A stretch of 64,000 bases of DNA. Origin: Candidatus Krumholzibacteriia bacterium (GTDB lineage: Bacteria > Krumholzibacteriota > Krumholzibacteriia > JAJRXK01). The stretch is taken from the NCBI GenBank assembly GCA_041484665.1, contig JBGPIA010000002.1, positions 728,287-792,286 of the forward strand, in the 5' to 3' direction. This document shows, piece after piece, positions 10,254 through 20,400 of this stretch (the stretch's first letter is position 1; every line of letters begins with the position of its first letter). A program made the translations under genes and the position numbers. The notes beneath the pieces are model-generated. The model saw nothing but the letters and a program-made list of their open reading frames with translations. It was not told where the DNA came from and made no database searches.

Positions 10254-12290
10254 ATGCACGTGATCGAGCCCGCGCGCCTCAAGCCGCGCGTCACGCTCGA
10301 GAGCCTGCCCGCGCCCCCCGCCAGCGATGCGGCCGGCGGAGAGCCGGCCCGCCCCATCCGGGGCCGGGCCCTGATCTTCTGGGATCAAAGGCGTCCCGGG
10401 CACAAGCTCGATGCCATCGACACCGATCAAATCACCCCAGCGGCCGATTGCGTGTCGGAGAGCCTGGCCACCCTCGACGAGCGCTGGAAGGCCGGCGCGT
10501 TCCGCTACCTGATGCCCGACTTCCGCACGCGCGTGCACCGCGGCGAGACCTTCGTCATCGCCGGTGACCGCTTCGCCATCGGGTCGTCGCGCGAGATGAG
10601 CCCGGCTGGGCTCAAGGGCGTGGCCGAGGAGGCGGGGCTCACGCTGGTCGTGGTGTGCGGCGACAACATGGGCGACATCTTCCGCCGCAATGCCTTCAAT
10701 CTCGGACTGCACGTGATCCAGAGCCCGCAGGCCGTGGCCGACGCCCGTGACGGCGACGAGCTGGAGTTCGATCCGGCGACGCGACGGCTGGTCAATCTCA
10801 CCCAGACCCGCAGCTACGAGCCCGTCCCGCTCACGCCCAAGGAAGACGAGATCCGGCGCTCGGGCGGGATCTTCGCGGTCGGCCGACGCGAATTCCGCGC
10901 CTCGCTGCAGCGCGCGCCGGCGATCGAGTGGCCCGACGCTGAGCAGGCGCGGCGCATGACGACCACCGAGCAGATCGTATGGGCCCATCGGGTGGACAAG
11001 AGCGCTACGGTCGAACCGGGAGCGACCCTGCGCGTCTACGCCGACCTGCTGCCGGCCTCCGACGGCACTGCGCCGTTTTCCATCCACACCTTCAACCAGA
11101 TCACAGGCGGCGGCGCCATCGACCCGCGCCAGGCGGCGATCGCCAACGACCATTTCGTCTTCACCGGCAAGGCGGAGGACGACCGTCAGACAGGCATCGG
11201 TCGCGAGTTCGCGCGGCTGCACGGGCTGCGCAGGCCCTATTACGCGGACCCGGGCGACGGCATCTTCCACTTCTATTTCCCCGAGCAGGGACTGGTGGCG
11301 CCGGGGCAGTTCATTCCCGGCGCCGACTCCCACAGCCGGGCGTACGGAGCCTACGGCGCCGTGGGGATCGGGGTGGGCTCGACCACGCTGGGGTTCGGCT
11401 GGTCGACGGGCTACATCTACTTCACCCTGGCGAAGCAGCGCCGCGTGGTGTTCAGCGGCACGCTGCAGCCGTGGGTCGGCGGCAAGGACATCGTGCTGGA
11501 GCTGCTGCGGCGCTGGGGCGCCCGCCAGTCGCAGGGCATGTCGGTGGAGTTCGTGGACGCGCAGCGGCAACTGCCCATCGCCTACCGCAACACCATCGCC
11601 AACATGATGGCCGAGGGCGAGGCCCAGAACGGCGTCTTCGCTCCCGACGCCGTCACCTTGGCGTGGTATCGCGCCAAGGGGATGGACCCCCTCCCCTACC
11701 CGCCCCTGCGCCCGGGCGCCGACGCGGAGTACGCAATCGATGAGACACTGGATCTCGACAAGATCGTCCCGATGATCGCCAAGCCCTTCTCGCCGGGCAA
11801 CGCGTACCCGGCCGTGGAAGTCGCCCGCGAGCGCATCACCTTCGACAAGGCGCTGATCGGCTCGTGCACCAACGGGAGTTACGACGACCTGCTGGCGGCG
11901 GCCCTGGTGATCCGGGCAGCGCGCCGCAACGGCTTCACACGCGTCGCCAAGGAGCTCGTGATCTTCCCGGGCTCCGGGGGTGTGAAGCGCCAGATCGAGC
12001 AGCCCGATCCGCGCCTGGGGGGCGAGTCGATCGCCACGGTCTTGCGCACAGCCGGCGGCCAGGTCCGCGACTCGTGGTGCGGCCCCTGCTTCGGCCAGGG
12101 GCCCGACGCGCTGCGGACCGGCGAGCGCGCCATCACGTCGTTCAATCGCAACTGGCAGAATCGCATGGGGCTCGGCGGCGAGGGCTACCTCGCCAGCCCC
12201 GCCGTGGTCGGGGCGTCGGCGCTGCTGGGCTACATGGCCCCACCCAGTGAGTTGGACCTGCCCTGGGAGCCGGAGCTCTACGGGCTCTGA
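10254..12290 (+). CDS. Aconitase-family dehydratase; N-terminal swivel (LeuD-like) domain fused to a LeuC/HacA-like large subunit
   Basis: N-terminal 'IDTDQITP', 'GSSRE', 'IFRRNAFNLG'. C-terminal 'NDH', 'GADSH', 'IGSCTNG', 'CGPCFG', 'SFNRNW..RMG', 'YLASP'. ATG 10254 has SD AAGGAG. Confidence 0.9.
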   Translation: MHVIEPARLKPRVTLESLPAPPASDAAGGEPARPIRGRALIFWDQRRPGHKLDAIDTDQITPAADCVSESLATLDERWKAGAFRYLMPDFRTRVHRGETFVIAGDRFAIGSSREMSPAGLKGVAEEAGLTLVVVCGDNMGDIFRRNAFNLGLHVIQSPQAVADARDGDELEFDPATRRLVNLTQTRSYEPVPLTPKEDEIRRSGGIFAVGRREFRASLQRAPAIEWPDAEQARRMTTTEQIVWAHRVDKSATVEPGATLRVYADLLPASDGTAPFSIHTFNQITGGGAIDPRQAAIANDHFVFTGKAEDDRQTGIGREFARLHGLRRPYYADPGDGIFHFYFPEQGLVAPGQFIPGADSHSRAYGAYGAVGIGVGSTTLGFGWSTGYIYFTLAKQRRVVFSGTLQPWVGGKDIVLELLRRWGARQSQGMSVEFVDAQRQLPIAYRNTIANMMAEGEAQNGVFAPDAVTLAWYRAKGMDPLPYPPLRPGADAEYAIDETLDLDKIVPMIAKPFSPGNAYPAVEVARERITFDKALIGSCTNGSYDDLLAAALVIRAARRNGFTRVAKELVIFPGSGGVKRQIEQPDPRLGGESIATVLRTAGGQVRDSWCGPCFGQGPDALRTGERAITSFNRNWQNRMGLGGEGYLASPAVVGASALLGYMAPPSELDLPWEPELYGL

Positions 12291-12389
12291 GGCGGGCGGC
12301 GGCGCGCCGGGGAGCTGCGCGCTCCCCTGATTTGCGCCCCCTTGTGCCCACTGTGCCCTCTTGTGCCCCCGATCGGGGCCCGCCCGCTC

Positions 12390-12414
12390 AAACCCTACGG
12401 CATTCCCAGACGTC
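12390..12414 (+). promoter_or_regulatory. Candidate ECF-sigma promoter (AAC-N17-CGTC)
   Basis: aAAC at 12390-12393 and CGTC at 12411-12414, about 70 nt upstream of the ECF sigma gene. The motif is short, so a chance match is possible. Confidence 0.35.
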
Positions 12415-12483
12415 ATCAAGGGTGGAACCTGCTGCGCACCGGGGACGGGCCCCAGCCCAGCGGCGGCCAGCCCCGGAGACCCG

Positions 12484-13029
12484 ATGACCGACGCCCCGGC
12501 CCCCGAAGTCCAGGACCGGCTGCTGTCGCGCTGCAGCGCCGGCGAGGTCGGGGCCTTCGCAGAGGTCTACCGACTGTTCGGCCGCGGGCTCTTCGGCACC
12601 GCTCTGCGCATGCTGGGCAACCGCGAGGAGGCGGAGGACGCCGTGCACGAGGCCTTCCTGAGCTTCCACCGACGCGCCGGATCGCTGCCGGACGTGAGCC
12701 TGCTGCCCTGGCTGCGCCGTGTGGTGGCCAACGAGTGCATCGACCGCATCCGGCGCCGCGCGCGCTGGCAAACCTCCGAGATCGAAGAGAGCAATCTCGC
12801 CGCGGCTCCGGAGGCGCCGGCCGGGCTGCGCATCGACCTGGAGCGCGCCGTGCTCCGGCTGCCCGCGGGCGCGCGCACCGTGTTCGTCTTGCACGACGTC
12901 GAGGGGTTCCGCCACGAGGAGGTCGCGCAGATGCTGGGCATCACCGAGGGCGGGAGCAAGTCGCAGCTGTTTCGGGCGCGCGAGCTGCTGCGCGCACGCC
13001 TGCAGGAGCGCCCTGAGGACGCGCCGTGA
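12484..13029 (+). CDS. ECF-family RNA polymerase sigma factor
   Basis: 'EAEDAVHEAFL', 'WLRRVVANECIDRIRRR' (region 2); 'LP...RTVFVLHDVEGFRHEEVAQMLGITEGGSKSQLFRAR' (region 4). Confidence 0.93.
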   Translation: MTDAPAPEVQDRLLSRCSAGEVGAFAEVYRLFGRGLFGTALRMLGNREEAEDAVHEAFLSFHRRAGSLPDVSLLPWLRRVVANECIDRIRRRARWQTSEIEESNLAAAPEAPAGLRIDLERAVLRLPAGARTVFVLHDVEGFRHEEVAQMLGITEGGSKSQLFRARELLRARLQERPEDAP

Positions 13030-13670
13030 ACGGACACGGTCCGGACGGCCCTCACGACCGACGCTTTGACGATGACGACCGGCCGACCGGCGCGCTTCGC
13101 GCGGCGATCGAGGACTGGAAGGCAGCCGCGCCGCCGCCGCTCGCGGAGCTGGAGCAACGCATCCTGGCGTCGCTGCGCGCTGGGGCTGGGCGCGGACGGG
13201 CGCGCGTGCCGCGCCGCCTGTCTCCGTTGCTCGCGCGAAGGGGAGTGCGCTGGATGGCCGCCGCCGCGGCGGTCCTGCTGGCGGTGCTGGGGCTGGCCGA
13301 GCTGGACGTGCTCCCGCTGGGTCTGCATAGCCGCGCCATCACACCGCGCCGCATCCTGGTCGCCGACGCCCTGCGCGCCGCCGAGCAGGCCGAGCAGCAA
13401 CACGCCGCGGCCATCGCCGAGCTGGAGCGCGCGGCGGCCCCGATCCTCGCGCAGGCCGGCGATCCGGGGCTACCCGCGGCCAAGGCGGCGCAGCTGCTGG
13501 CGTATCGTGACCGGCTGCGCGCGCTCGATTCGGCCATTGCAGAAGTGAAGTCGATCCTCGAGCAGAACCCGGGCCACGCCGGCGTACGCACGGTGCTGTT
13601 GGCCGCGTACATGGACAAGACCCAGCTGCTGCGCGAGGTGCTAGCGCTGGAGAAGGGAGCAAGGTCATGA
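13026..13670 (+). CDS. Putative transmembrane anti-sigma factor
   Basis: Overlaps the sigma stop (GTGA). Single TM 'WMAAAAAVLLAVLGL' followed by a helical extracytoplasmic domain. Confidence 0.7.
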   Translation: MNGHGPDGPHDRRFDDDDRPTGALRAAIEDWKAAAPPPLAELEQRILASLRAGAGRGRARVPRRLSPLLARRGVRWMAAAAAVLLAVLGLAELDVLPLGLHSRAITPRRILVADALRAAEQAEQQHAAAIAELERAAAPILAQAGDPGLPAAKAAQLLAYRDRLRALDSAIAEVKSILEQNPGHAGVRTVLLAAYMDKTQLLREVLALEKGARS

Positions 13671-15499
13671 GGTGTGGAATGTGGGTGTGGACCTGGCGCT
13701 GGGTGCGCGGCGCTGACCGCGCCTGCGCGGCGATGACGCTGGCCATGTTCGTGCTCGGTGTTCCCGGGCTGAGCGCGCTCTTGCTCAGCGCTCCCGCAGT
13801 GGCACAGACGCCCGCGCCCAAGGCAGCGCCCCCGCCGGCGCGCTCGGCGCGCAGCGCCGGCCCTGCGGCGGCCCCGACACCGCCGGCGGCCCCGACACCG
13901 CCGGCTGCCCAGGCACCGCCGGGCACCCGTTCCGCGCCGGGCGCCCGACCCGCGCCGGGCTCGGGACCGACACCTCCCGCCGCGCCTGCTCCGGCTGCAC
14001 GACCCGCACCGAGCTCCCGGCCCACCCCTGCTCCCGCGCCACCGCCACCGGTGGTCGGCGTCTTCGGCGGCCGCGCGCCGCGCGCCCGCGAGCCGCGCGA
14101 GCGCAACTTCGAGCAGACGGTGCAGGCCAAGGGACGCCCGGTGGAGATCGACGTGCACGCGTGCGAGATCACCGTCCGGGTGGGCGTGGGGGACCAGGTG
14201 CACGTGAAGGCCGACGCCGAATACTGGTCAAACAGCCAGAAGTGGCTGGACCTGATGGAGAGCGGCCTGCGCGTGGACGTGGAGGAGTCCGCGCAGGCGA
14301 TCCGGGTCTCCACCACGGTGCCCGAATGGAAGGAGCGGGGCTCGGTCGAGATTTCCTTCTCCATCGATCTGCTGGTGGAGGTGCCGGCGAAAACGCCGCT
14401 CACCATCGCCGACGAGTACGGAAACGTGGAGCTCGGGGGCGTCGGCGGGCCGGTTACGCTCTCCGCCACCTCGGGCAACGCCACCGTCTCCGGCGCGCGC
14501 GGCAAGGTCGACCTCGACGTGCGCTACGGGAACATCGAACTCGAAGACATCGAAGGCACCCTGCACACCAGCGGCACCAGCGGCAGCGTGAGCTTGTCGC
14601 ACATGGTGGGCGCGGCCCAGATCGAGACCCAGTACGGCAACATCGAGCTAGAGCGCATCGACGGCGAGCTCACGGTGCAGTCCACCAGCGGCAACGTCAC
14701 CGCCACGGACCTGAGGAAGCGCGCCGCGATCTCCACGTCCTACGGCACGGTGGAGGTGCACGACGCGGCGGAGATCCTCAGGGTCGACTCGACATCGGGC
14801 AACGTGACCGTATCGGCGGCCAAGAAATCCGCCGAGATCAGCTCCTCGTACGGCGCGGTGAGCGTGGATGGCGTGGGCGGCGACCTGAGCGTGCGCGCCG
14901 CCTCGGGCGAAGTCGACGTGCACGACGTGAGAGGCAAGGCCGCCGTCGAGGGCTCCTATGGCGACGTGCAGGTCACGGGCGTCGGCGGCGACGTCACAAT
15001 CACCAACGAGAGCGGCGGTGTGACCCTGATCGACGTGGGCGGCAACGCCAGCGTGCGCTGCAGCTATGCTCCGTGCCGCGTGCAGCAGGTGAAGGGCACG
15101 CTCAAGGTGGTGGGCAGCAGCTCCGACGTGCAGGCGAGCGACGTGGGCGGCGCGATCCAGATCGACGCCAGCTATGCCGGCATTCGCCTGAGCAACGTCC
15201 GTGGCGCCCTCACGGTGCGCAATCAGAGTGGCGCAGTGGAGATCGACGGGCTTTCCGGCGCGGCGCTGAGCGCCACGCACGCCATCGAGACTTCGTACGC
15301 CGACATCGAGCTCAGCTGGCCGCAGGGCGCGCCGGCGAGTTACCGCTTCGAGAGCAGCGGCGGCTCGATCGAGAGCGATCTGGAAGGCCGGTTGGAGGAA
15401 CGCGGCTCCCAGGTGGTGCTGGAAGGATCGCACGGCAGCGGCGGAGCCACGCTGCGCCTGAGCACCCAGAGCGGGAGCGTCGTGGTGCGGGAACGGTGA
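13667..15499 (+). CDS. DUF4097-like beta-strand-repeat (putative adhesin) protein with Pro/Ala-rich linker
   Basis: Signal peptide, PA-rich stalk, about 19-residue repeats alternating 'YGNI' and 'TSGNV', ending 'LRLSTQSGSVVVR'. Coupled to the anti-sigma gene. Confidence 0.85.
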   Translation: MRCGMWVWTWRWVRGADRACAAMTLAMFVLGVPGLSALLLSAPAVAQTPAPKAAPPPARSARSAGPAAAPTPPAAPTPPAAQAPPGTRSAPGARPAPGSGPTPPAAPAPAARPAPSSRPTPAPAPPPPVVGVFGGRAPRAREPRERNFEQTVQAKGRPVEIDVHACEITVRVGVGDQVHVKADAEYWSNSQKWLDLMESGLRVDVEESAQAIRVSTTVPEWKERGSVEISFSIDLLVEVPAKTPLTIADEYGNVELGGVGGPVTLSATSGNATVSGARGKVDLDVRYGNIELEDIEGTLHTSGTSGSVSLSHMVGAAQIETQYGNIELERIDGELTVQSTSGNVTATDLRKRAAISTSYGTVEVHDAAEILRVDSTSGNVTVSAAKKSAEISSSYGAVSVDGVGGDLSVRAASGEVDVHDVRGKAAVEGSYGDVQVTGVGGDVTITNESGGVTLIDVGGNASVRCSYAPCRVQQVKGTLKVVGSSSDVQASDVGGAIQIDASYAGIRLSNVRGALTVRNQSGAVEIDGLSGAALSATHAIETSYADIELSWPQGAPASYRFESSGGSIESDLEGRLEERGSQVVLEGSHGSGGATLRLSTQSGSVVVRER

Positions 15500-15605
15500 G
15501 CGCGGCGTGGGCGGGGTTGGGATCGCCCGAGCTGGCCGGCGACGGTGACTTCCGGGGCTCGCGGCTGCGGAAGCTTGTCGCGGCCGGCGCGCGCGGCCGT
15601 CCGCA

Positions 15606-18600
15606 TCAGCGCATGAGCACGACGCGGCCCATGTCGCTGCGGGCGAGCCCAACGGCGGCGCCCACTTCGAGGCGATACAGGTAGACGCCGTTGGCCAGCT
15701 CGTCTCCCTGATCGTCGCGTCCGTTCCAGCGCACGGCGACCTCGACCCCGCCGGCCGAGTCTCCTCCTTCGACGTGCGCCACGGCGCGGCCGGTCAGGTC
15801 ATACACGGTGACCTTCGACCACTGCACCGGCACCGTCGTCTGTGCCACGAAGAAGATCGGCGTGCGGTCCGGATTGCCTGGGCTGGGGAACGGATAGTGC
15901 GCGCCGACGGCCAGCGCCTCGCGCGCGGCGATTTGCGTAAGGGCGAAATCGGTCGTGACCGTGTCCAGGGTGAGATGAAGTGTCTGCGGCTGTCCGCTCC
16001 CGTCGCCGCGCCCCTGCGACGTGAGGCGCCAGTGCCGCCCGTCCAGGTCCACCGCGATCTTCACCGGGGTGTCGATCACCGCCGCGGAGATCGCAACTGC
16101 GGTCTGGCCGACGGTGAGGGTGATCGGCGCCTCGAACTCCACCTCGATGGGCACCGAATGGTCTGCCGGGAGCGGCCCGGAGCCTTCGTCCACCTCGGTC
16201 CCGTCCAGGCGCACGGCGAGCGTGAATGGCACGAATAACTGCACGGTCGTGGGGCGCACGTCGGGGTAAGCCTCGTCGTAGGCCTGCACTTCCACGCGGT
16301 AGCCTCGCCCGCCACGCGGATTGAGCGCGTCGAGCAGCCCCCCGTAGGCGACCAGCGGCAGGTCGAGCGTCGCCCCCTTGATGCGCGGATCCAAGCCCGC
16401 GCCCGGATCGGGCACGAGCAGGCCGGAGTGGTCCGTGCCGCGGCTGTCGCGCACGACGAAGCTGTGAACGCCTGTCTCATCCACGCCGCGCAACTGCAGG
16501 GCGAAGCTCTGGCCGCCCGGCGGCGCGGTTACCTGCGCGCCACTGGTCACCGGCTGCCCGCCGTGCAGCACGGTTAGGCGCGGCGGGGCCGCATCCACGC
16601 GCAGCAGCGGATCGCCGATCAGGTTGAATTGCGCCACCATGTCGTGCTGGAGCGTGTCGCTGGTCGGGAAGATGTTCTGCTCGCCTTCGGCCAGCGCCTC
16701 GCCGATCACCCACTGGCTCATCAGCGTCCACGGCCCGTTGAACACCTGACTGCTGGTGCGCCCCTGCGTGAAGAGCACCTTGCCAATCTCCTCCATCATG
16801 CGCGAGATCTGGAACAGGTACTCGAACCCGCTGCTGCCGTAGCTGGCGATGCCGCCGCCGGTGGGATGCAGCACGAACAGCTCGCCCAGCGAGCGGCCCT
16901 GGGAGGCCTCGCGATAGTCGATGAAGTCGCTCTCGTGGCAGCCCATGCCGAAGAAGATGAAGGGTTTGCCCACGTTGGTGAGCGTCGGGATGTTGCCGCT
17001 CTCGAAAAGGTTCTCGTGGGCCAGCACGTTGTAGGCGGCGTGCCCCTCGTAGGACACGATCAGGGCGCCCTCGTTCATGCGGTTGACCAGCAGCGGCACC
17101 ACCTCGTCGATGACGCGATCGCGGTAGATGTGCCTGTCACCGCACTGCTCGCCGATCGGGTGCATGGGATCGGTGTACTCGCGCAGGTAGAACCCGGTGG
17201 ACTGGATGGTTGCATCGAGGGAGTCGCTCCAGGCAGCGACGGTGCTCTGGCTGCACTGGAACTGTCCTTCGTTGTACGGGCAGCCGTCCCTGCGGCAGTA
17301 GCTGGATTGCGTGCCGCCCAGGACGCTGGAGCTCCAGGTGTCGTCGGCCACCCACAGCGCGCGGCGGCGCCAGTCGTCGCCGAGCTGCGGCTGCTCGTAT
17401 GCGATAATCTTGCCGATCATCGTGGAGAGCTCGGCGTCGTTGTCGGCCGGTAGGCGTCCGACGGCCATGTCCGGGCCGCGGTCGAGATTGTCCGGATAGC
17501 CGGCGTCGATGGTGTTGAACGTGCCGTACCACTTGTCCGAGGCCAGCACCTCATTGATGTCGAATACCTGTCGGTGGAGCGGTGCCGGTAGCAGATCCGC
17601 GCCGGCGGTGCCGGAGAGCCCCCGCGCGTCCTCGCTCGCGTCGCCGACCAGCAGCAGCGCGCGCGCGTCCCACACGAGGTAGGCGTACTCGGCGAAGCGC
17701 TTGATGCCGGCCGGCGATTTCAGGCCGCCGCTGAACTGGTCGAACACCGACTGCACGTCGACGTAGGCGTACTTCCACCCGCGCGCATCGTGGTCGCGGC
17801 GCCACTGCAGCCAGGGCTGCGCGGCGGCGGCGAGCTGCGCGGGACCGATGGCCAGGGCCTGCGCCTGCCCCTGTAGGAAGACCGACGTGTCGCTGGTGAG
17901 GAGCGGGCTCTGGGCGCGCTCGATCTCGTCGGCGCGCGCCCGCGGGGCGCGGGCAGGACGCAGCGCCCAGAACGCGCGCTCCAGCCCGGCGATCTGATCC
18001 GCCTGGATGGAGAGCGAGCGGCTGCCGTCGCCCGGGTCGAGGATGTTCCCGCCTTGCAGCGCGATGTAGATGGGCGCGCGCGGGTCGGTGACCTCCAACA
18101 GCAACAGGTCGGAAGCGGTGAAGCCAGGCACCACGATGCTGGGCTGCCCGCCGATCTGGCCGCCGGTGAAGCGGGCCTCGTCGCGGGTGGCGCGATAGAG
18201 TGCCTGGTAGTCGAGCGTGATGCTGCCCAGGTACGCCTGAACCAGCCCGCTGGCTGCGGGAGTGAGCTGGAAGGTCGCGAAGCCGTCGCCGATGGCGTCG
18301 GAGGACACGACGCCGGTGAACGGGATCAGGGTGAGGCTGTTGACCGTACTCGTGTCCAACAGCTGGCTGTTGGTCCCCTGGCTGATGGTGGCGCGTACCT
18401 GCGGCGGACCGGACGCCGGACCGGCCTGGAGGCCGCGCGCCGCGAGCGTCCACGTCAGGCTGATGGTGTTGCCCGCAGCGGGGTGGAGCAGCTCCACGCT
18501 GATCTGGGCTGAGGCGACGGCGTTGGTGGTCCAGTGATACCGCGGCTGGGTGATGTCGGCGGGGTTGTCCTGGTAGAAGGCGTCGGACTCCAGCCGATCG

Positions 18601-19976
18601 AGGCGGCGATACGATGCCTGCGGCGCGCCGGAGGCCGGCGGCAGCGTGGCGGCGGACATCCGCAGCCAGCCCTGCGCGTCGGGCTCCGCCGCAGCGATCC
18701 AGTACACATTATTGTTGTTCCAGTTGTCCGAGCGCTCCGCGACCGCGCGCGGAAACGTCTGCCCGGCGATCGTGCGCTCGACGTCGTCGTCGCGCATGTC
18801 GAACCCGTAGAAGAGGATCTCGTCGGTGCCGAGCGCCGGGCCGTTCTCGTCGGGCAGGCCCAGGAAGAAGAACGGTACGTCGGCGGTCAGGGGCGCGGGC
18901 GCCTGCGCGTCGAACAGCCCGTCGCCCGGGGCGTTGTAGCGCCTTTGGTAGAGGCGGACCTTGCGCCGGGGCACATCGGTGGGGAAGCCGAGCGCCATCA
19001 GGTCGCCCAGATGTACGCGCAGGGGTCCGGTGCGGCTCACGCGCACACGGTACTCGCTGCTGAGCAGGCTGGCGGGGTCGAGCGGGCGGATGTCGCCGGC
19101 GGCTCGGGCGCCGGTTGCGCCAAGTGGGCCCGGCGGGCTTTGCCGGCTTTGTGGGCTCTGCACGCCCTGCGCACCGGCCGTGCCGTCGCTGGGCAGGTGC
19201 AGCCATCCGTCGCGCAGAGCGCGCTGCCGGGGCGACAGCGACCGCCACGGGGCCGCGAACTCCGGGTTGAGCACCGTGCGCAGGATCATCGGATCGGGCT
19301 CGCCCTCCTCCGGCGCGATGGCTTGCTGCCCGGCCAGCTTGTGCCCGCCGGCGAAGGTGACCGTGATCTCGATGCGGCGAGCGACGTCGAGCCGTTCGCT
19401 GGCGGCGTCGTAGGCCACGGGGCGCACGAGCAGCGAGACGATGCGCTGCTTGCGGCTCCAGGTGGGCTCTCCCAGGCGGACGACGTCCGCGGTTGTGGCG
19501 CGATAGCTGGCGTAGCCGCGGCCTTCCACCATGCGCTCGACCAGGGATGGCTCGCCGTACGGCGCGGGTTGGACGCTGCTCGGCGTCAGAGCCGGAGCGA
19601 TGCGGCCCGGCGGCAGCGCGCTGGTCTCGACGACGCGCGCGCTCAGCTGGACGTCGCCCAAGGGCGGCACCGCGATCCACGCTCCGGCCTCAGGGAGCGC
19701 GGGCAGCCCGGGATCGCCCGCCAGGTTGTAGCCATCGATCGTGAGCGCGATCCACGGGCGCTCTTGCCCCTCGATCGTGGTCGTGCGCGGCTGTGGCACA
19801 TCGATCGAGATGCGAATGCGCGCGGGTGTGCTCTCGAGGACCGTCCAGCCTGCGGGCGCGCGCCCGAAGGCGGGTGTGGCGGTCAGCACCGTTCCCAGCA
19901 GAACCAAGCCCAGCGGACCGCAGTTGAGAGCGGCACGCCGTACGAACGAGTCTCCAGCCTGCAGCATTCGGCGCAT
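15606..19976 (-). CDS. C25 (gingipain-family) cysteine peptidase, PorU-like, with propeptide and C-terminal FlgD-Ig/T9SS-type domain
   Basis: Propeptide 'GDPGLPALP...IAVP'. C25 core 'VFDQFSGG', 'LLLVGDAS.D', 'ASDKWY', 'AVGRLP', catalytic 'YEGH' and 'MGC', 'NLIGDP'. CTD 'FPSP...WNGRDDQGDELANGVYLYRL'. Start uncertain. Confidence 0.88.
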   Translation of the reverse strand: MRRMLQAGDSFVRRAALNCGPLGLVLLGTVLTATPAFGRAPAGWTVLESTPARIRISIDVPQPRTTTIEGQERPWIALTIDGYNLAGDPGLPALPEAGAWIAVPPLGDVQLSARVVETSALPPGRIAPALTPSSVQPAPYGEPSLVERMVEGRGYASYRATTADVVRLGEPTWSRKQRIVSLLVRPVAYDAASERLDVARRIEITVTFAGGHKLAGQQAIAPEEGEPDPMILRTVLNPEFAAPWRSLSPRQRALRDGWLHLPSDGTAGAQGVQSPQSRQSPPGPLGATGARAAGDIRPLDPASLLSSEYRVRVSRTGPLRVHLGDLMALGFPTDVPRRKVRLYQRRYNAPGDGLFDAQAPAPLTADVPFFFLGLPDENGPALGTDEILFYGFDMRDDDVERTIAGQTFPRAVAERSDNWNNNNVYWIAAAEPDAQGWLRMSAATLPPASGAPQASYRRLDRLESDAFYQDNPADITQPRYHWTTNAVASAQISVELLHPAAGNTISLTWTLAARGLQAGPASGPPQVRATISQGTNSQLLDTSTVNSLTLIPFTGVVSSDAIGDGFATFQLTPAASGLVQAYLGSITLDYQALYRATRDEARFTGGQIGGQPSIVVPGFTASDLLLLEVTDPRAPIYIALQGGNILDPGDGSRSLSIQADQIAGLERAFWALRPARAPRARADEIERAQSPLLTSDTSVFLQGQAQALAIGPAQLAAAAQPWLQWRRDHDARGWKYAYVDVQSVFDQFSGGLKSPAGIKRFAEYAYLVWDARALLLVGDASEDARGLSGTAGADLLPAPLHRQVFDINEVLASDKWYGTFNTIDAGYPDNLDRGPDMAVGRLPADNDAELSTMIGKIIAYEQPQLGDDWRRRALWVADDTWSSSVLGGTQSSYCRRDGCPYNEGQFQCSQSTVAAWSDSLDATIQSTGFYLREYTDPMHPIGEQCGDRHIYRDRVIDEVVPLLVNRMNEGALIVSYEGHAAYNVLAHENLFESGNIPTLTNVGKPFIFFGMGCHESDFIDYREASQGRSLGELFVLHPTGGGIASYGSSGFEYLFQISRMMEEIGKVLFTQGRTSSQVFNGPWTLMSQWVIGEALAEGEQNIFPTSDTLQHDMVAQFNLIGDPLLRVDAAPPRLTVLHGGQPVTSGAQVTAPPGGQSFALQLRGVDETGVHSFVVRDSRGTDHSGLLVPDPGAGLDPRIKGATLDLPLVAYGGLLDALNPRGGRGYRVEVQAYDEAYPDVRPTTVQLFVPFTLAVRLDGTEVDEGSGPLPADHSVPIEVEFEAPITLTVGQTAVAISAAVIDTPVKIAVDLDGRHWRLTSQGRGDGSGQPQTLHLTLDTVTTDFALTQIAAREALAVGAHYPFPSPGNPDRTPIFFVAQTTVPVQWSKVTVYDLTGRAVAHVEGGDSAGGVEVAVRWNGRDDQGDELANGVYLYRLEVGAAVGLARSDMGRVVLMR

Positions 19977-20196
19977 GCCGGGGATCCTCCGGGGTTCGCG
20001 ATGTAGGCTCAGGGGAGGCACAAAAGAAGGCAGCCCACGACGGTCAGGGCAGCGGCGCCGACGGCGCGGCACGCGAGAAGCCAAGGCCCTCATCCCAGGA
20101 GCTGCCCCATGGCTCCTTGAAGGATACGAACGCGGTTGGCACCCGTCAACGCGCAGACTGGATGCGGACCGCGCGCGCCCCTGCAGTGAATCGGTG

Positions 20197-20271
20197 TGTC
20201 CCCAACGGGATTCGAACCCGTGTACCCACCTTGAAAGGGTGGTGTCCTAGGCCTGGCTAGACGATGGGGAC
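20197..20271 (-). tRNA. tRNA-Glu (anticodon TTC), CCA not encoded
   Basis: Minus strand GTCCCCATCGTCTAGCCAGGCCTAGGACACCACCCTTTCAAGGTGGGTACACGGGTTCGAATCCCGTTGGGGACA gives acceptor stem, D arm, anticodon loop CTTTCAA and T-loop GTTCGAATC. Confidence 0.97.
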
Positions 20272-20400
20272 GCCCACAGACGCCGGGCGGCCGACGGCCA
20301 CCCGCGAAAGCAAGCGCGTCATGCTAGTCCAAAGCCGCAGACGGAGCAAGGATCCGCAGCCAGAGCGGGGCGGCCGGTCACCCGGCTGGCAGCCGCGGCG

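Noticed and set aside
20197..20271. tRNA-Glu as a possible integration site
   Set aside because: I saw no integrase and no duplicated tRNA 3' end in the window.
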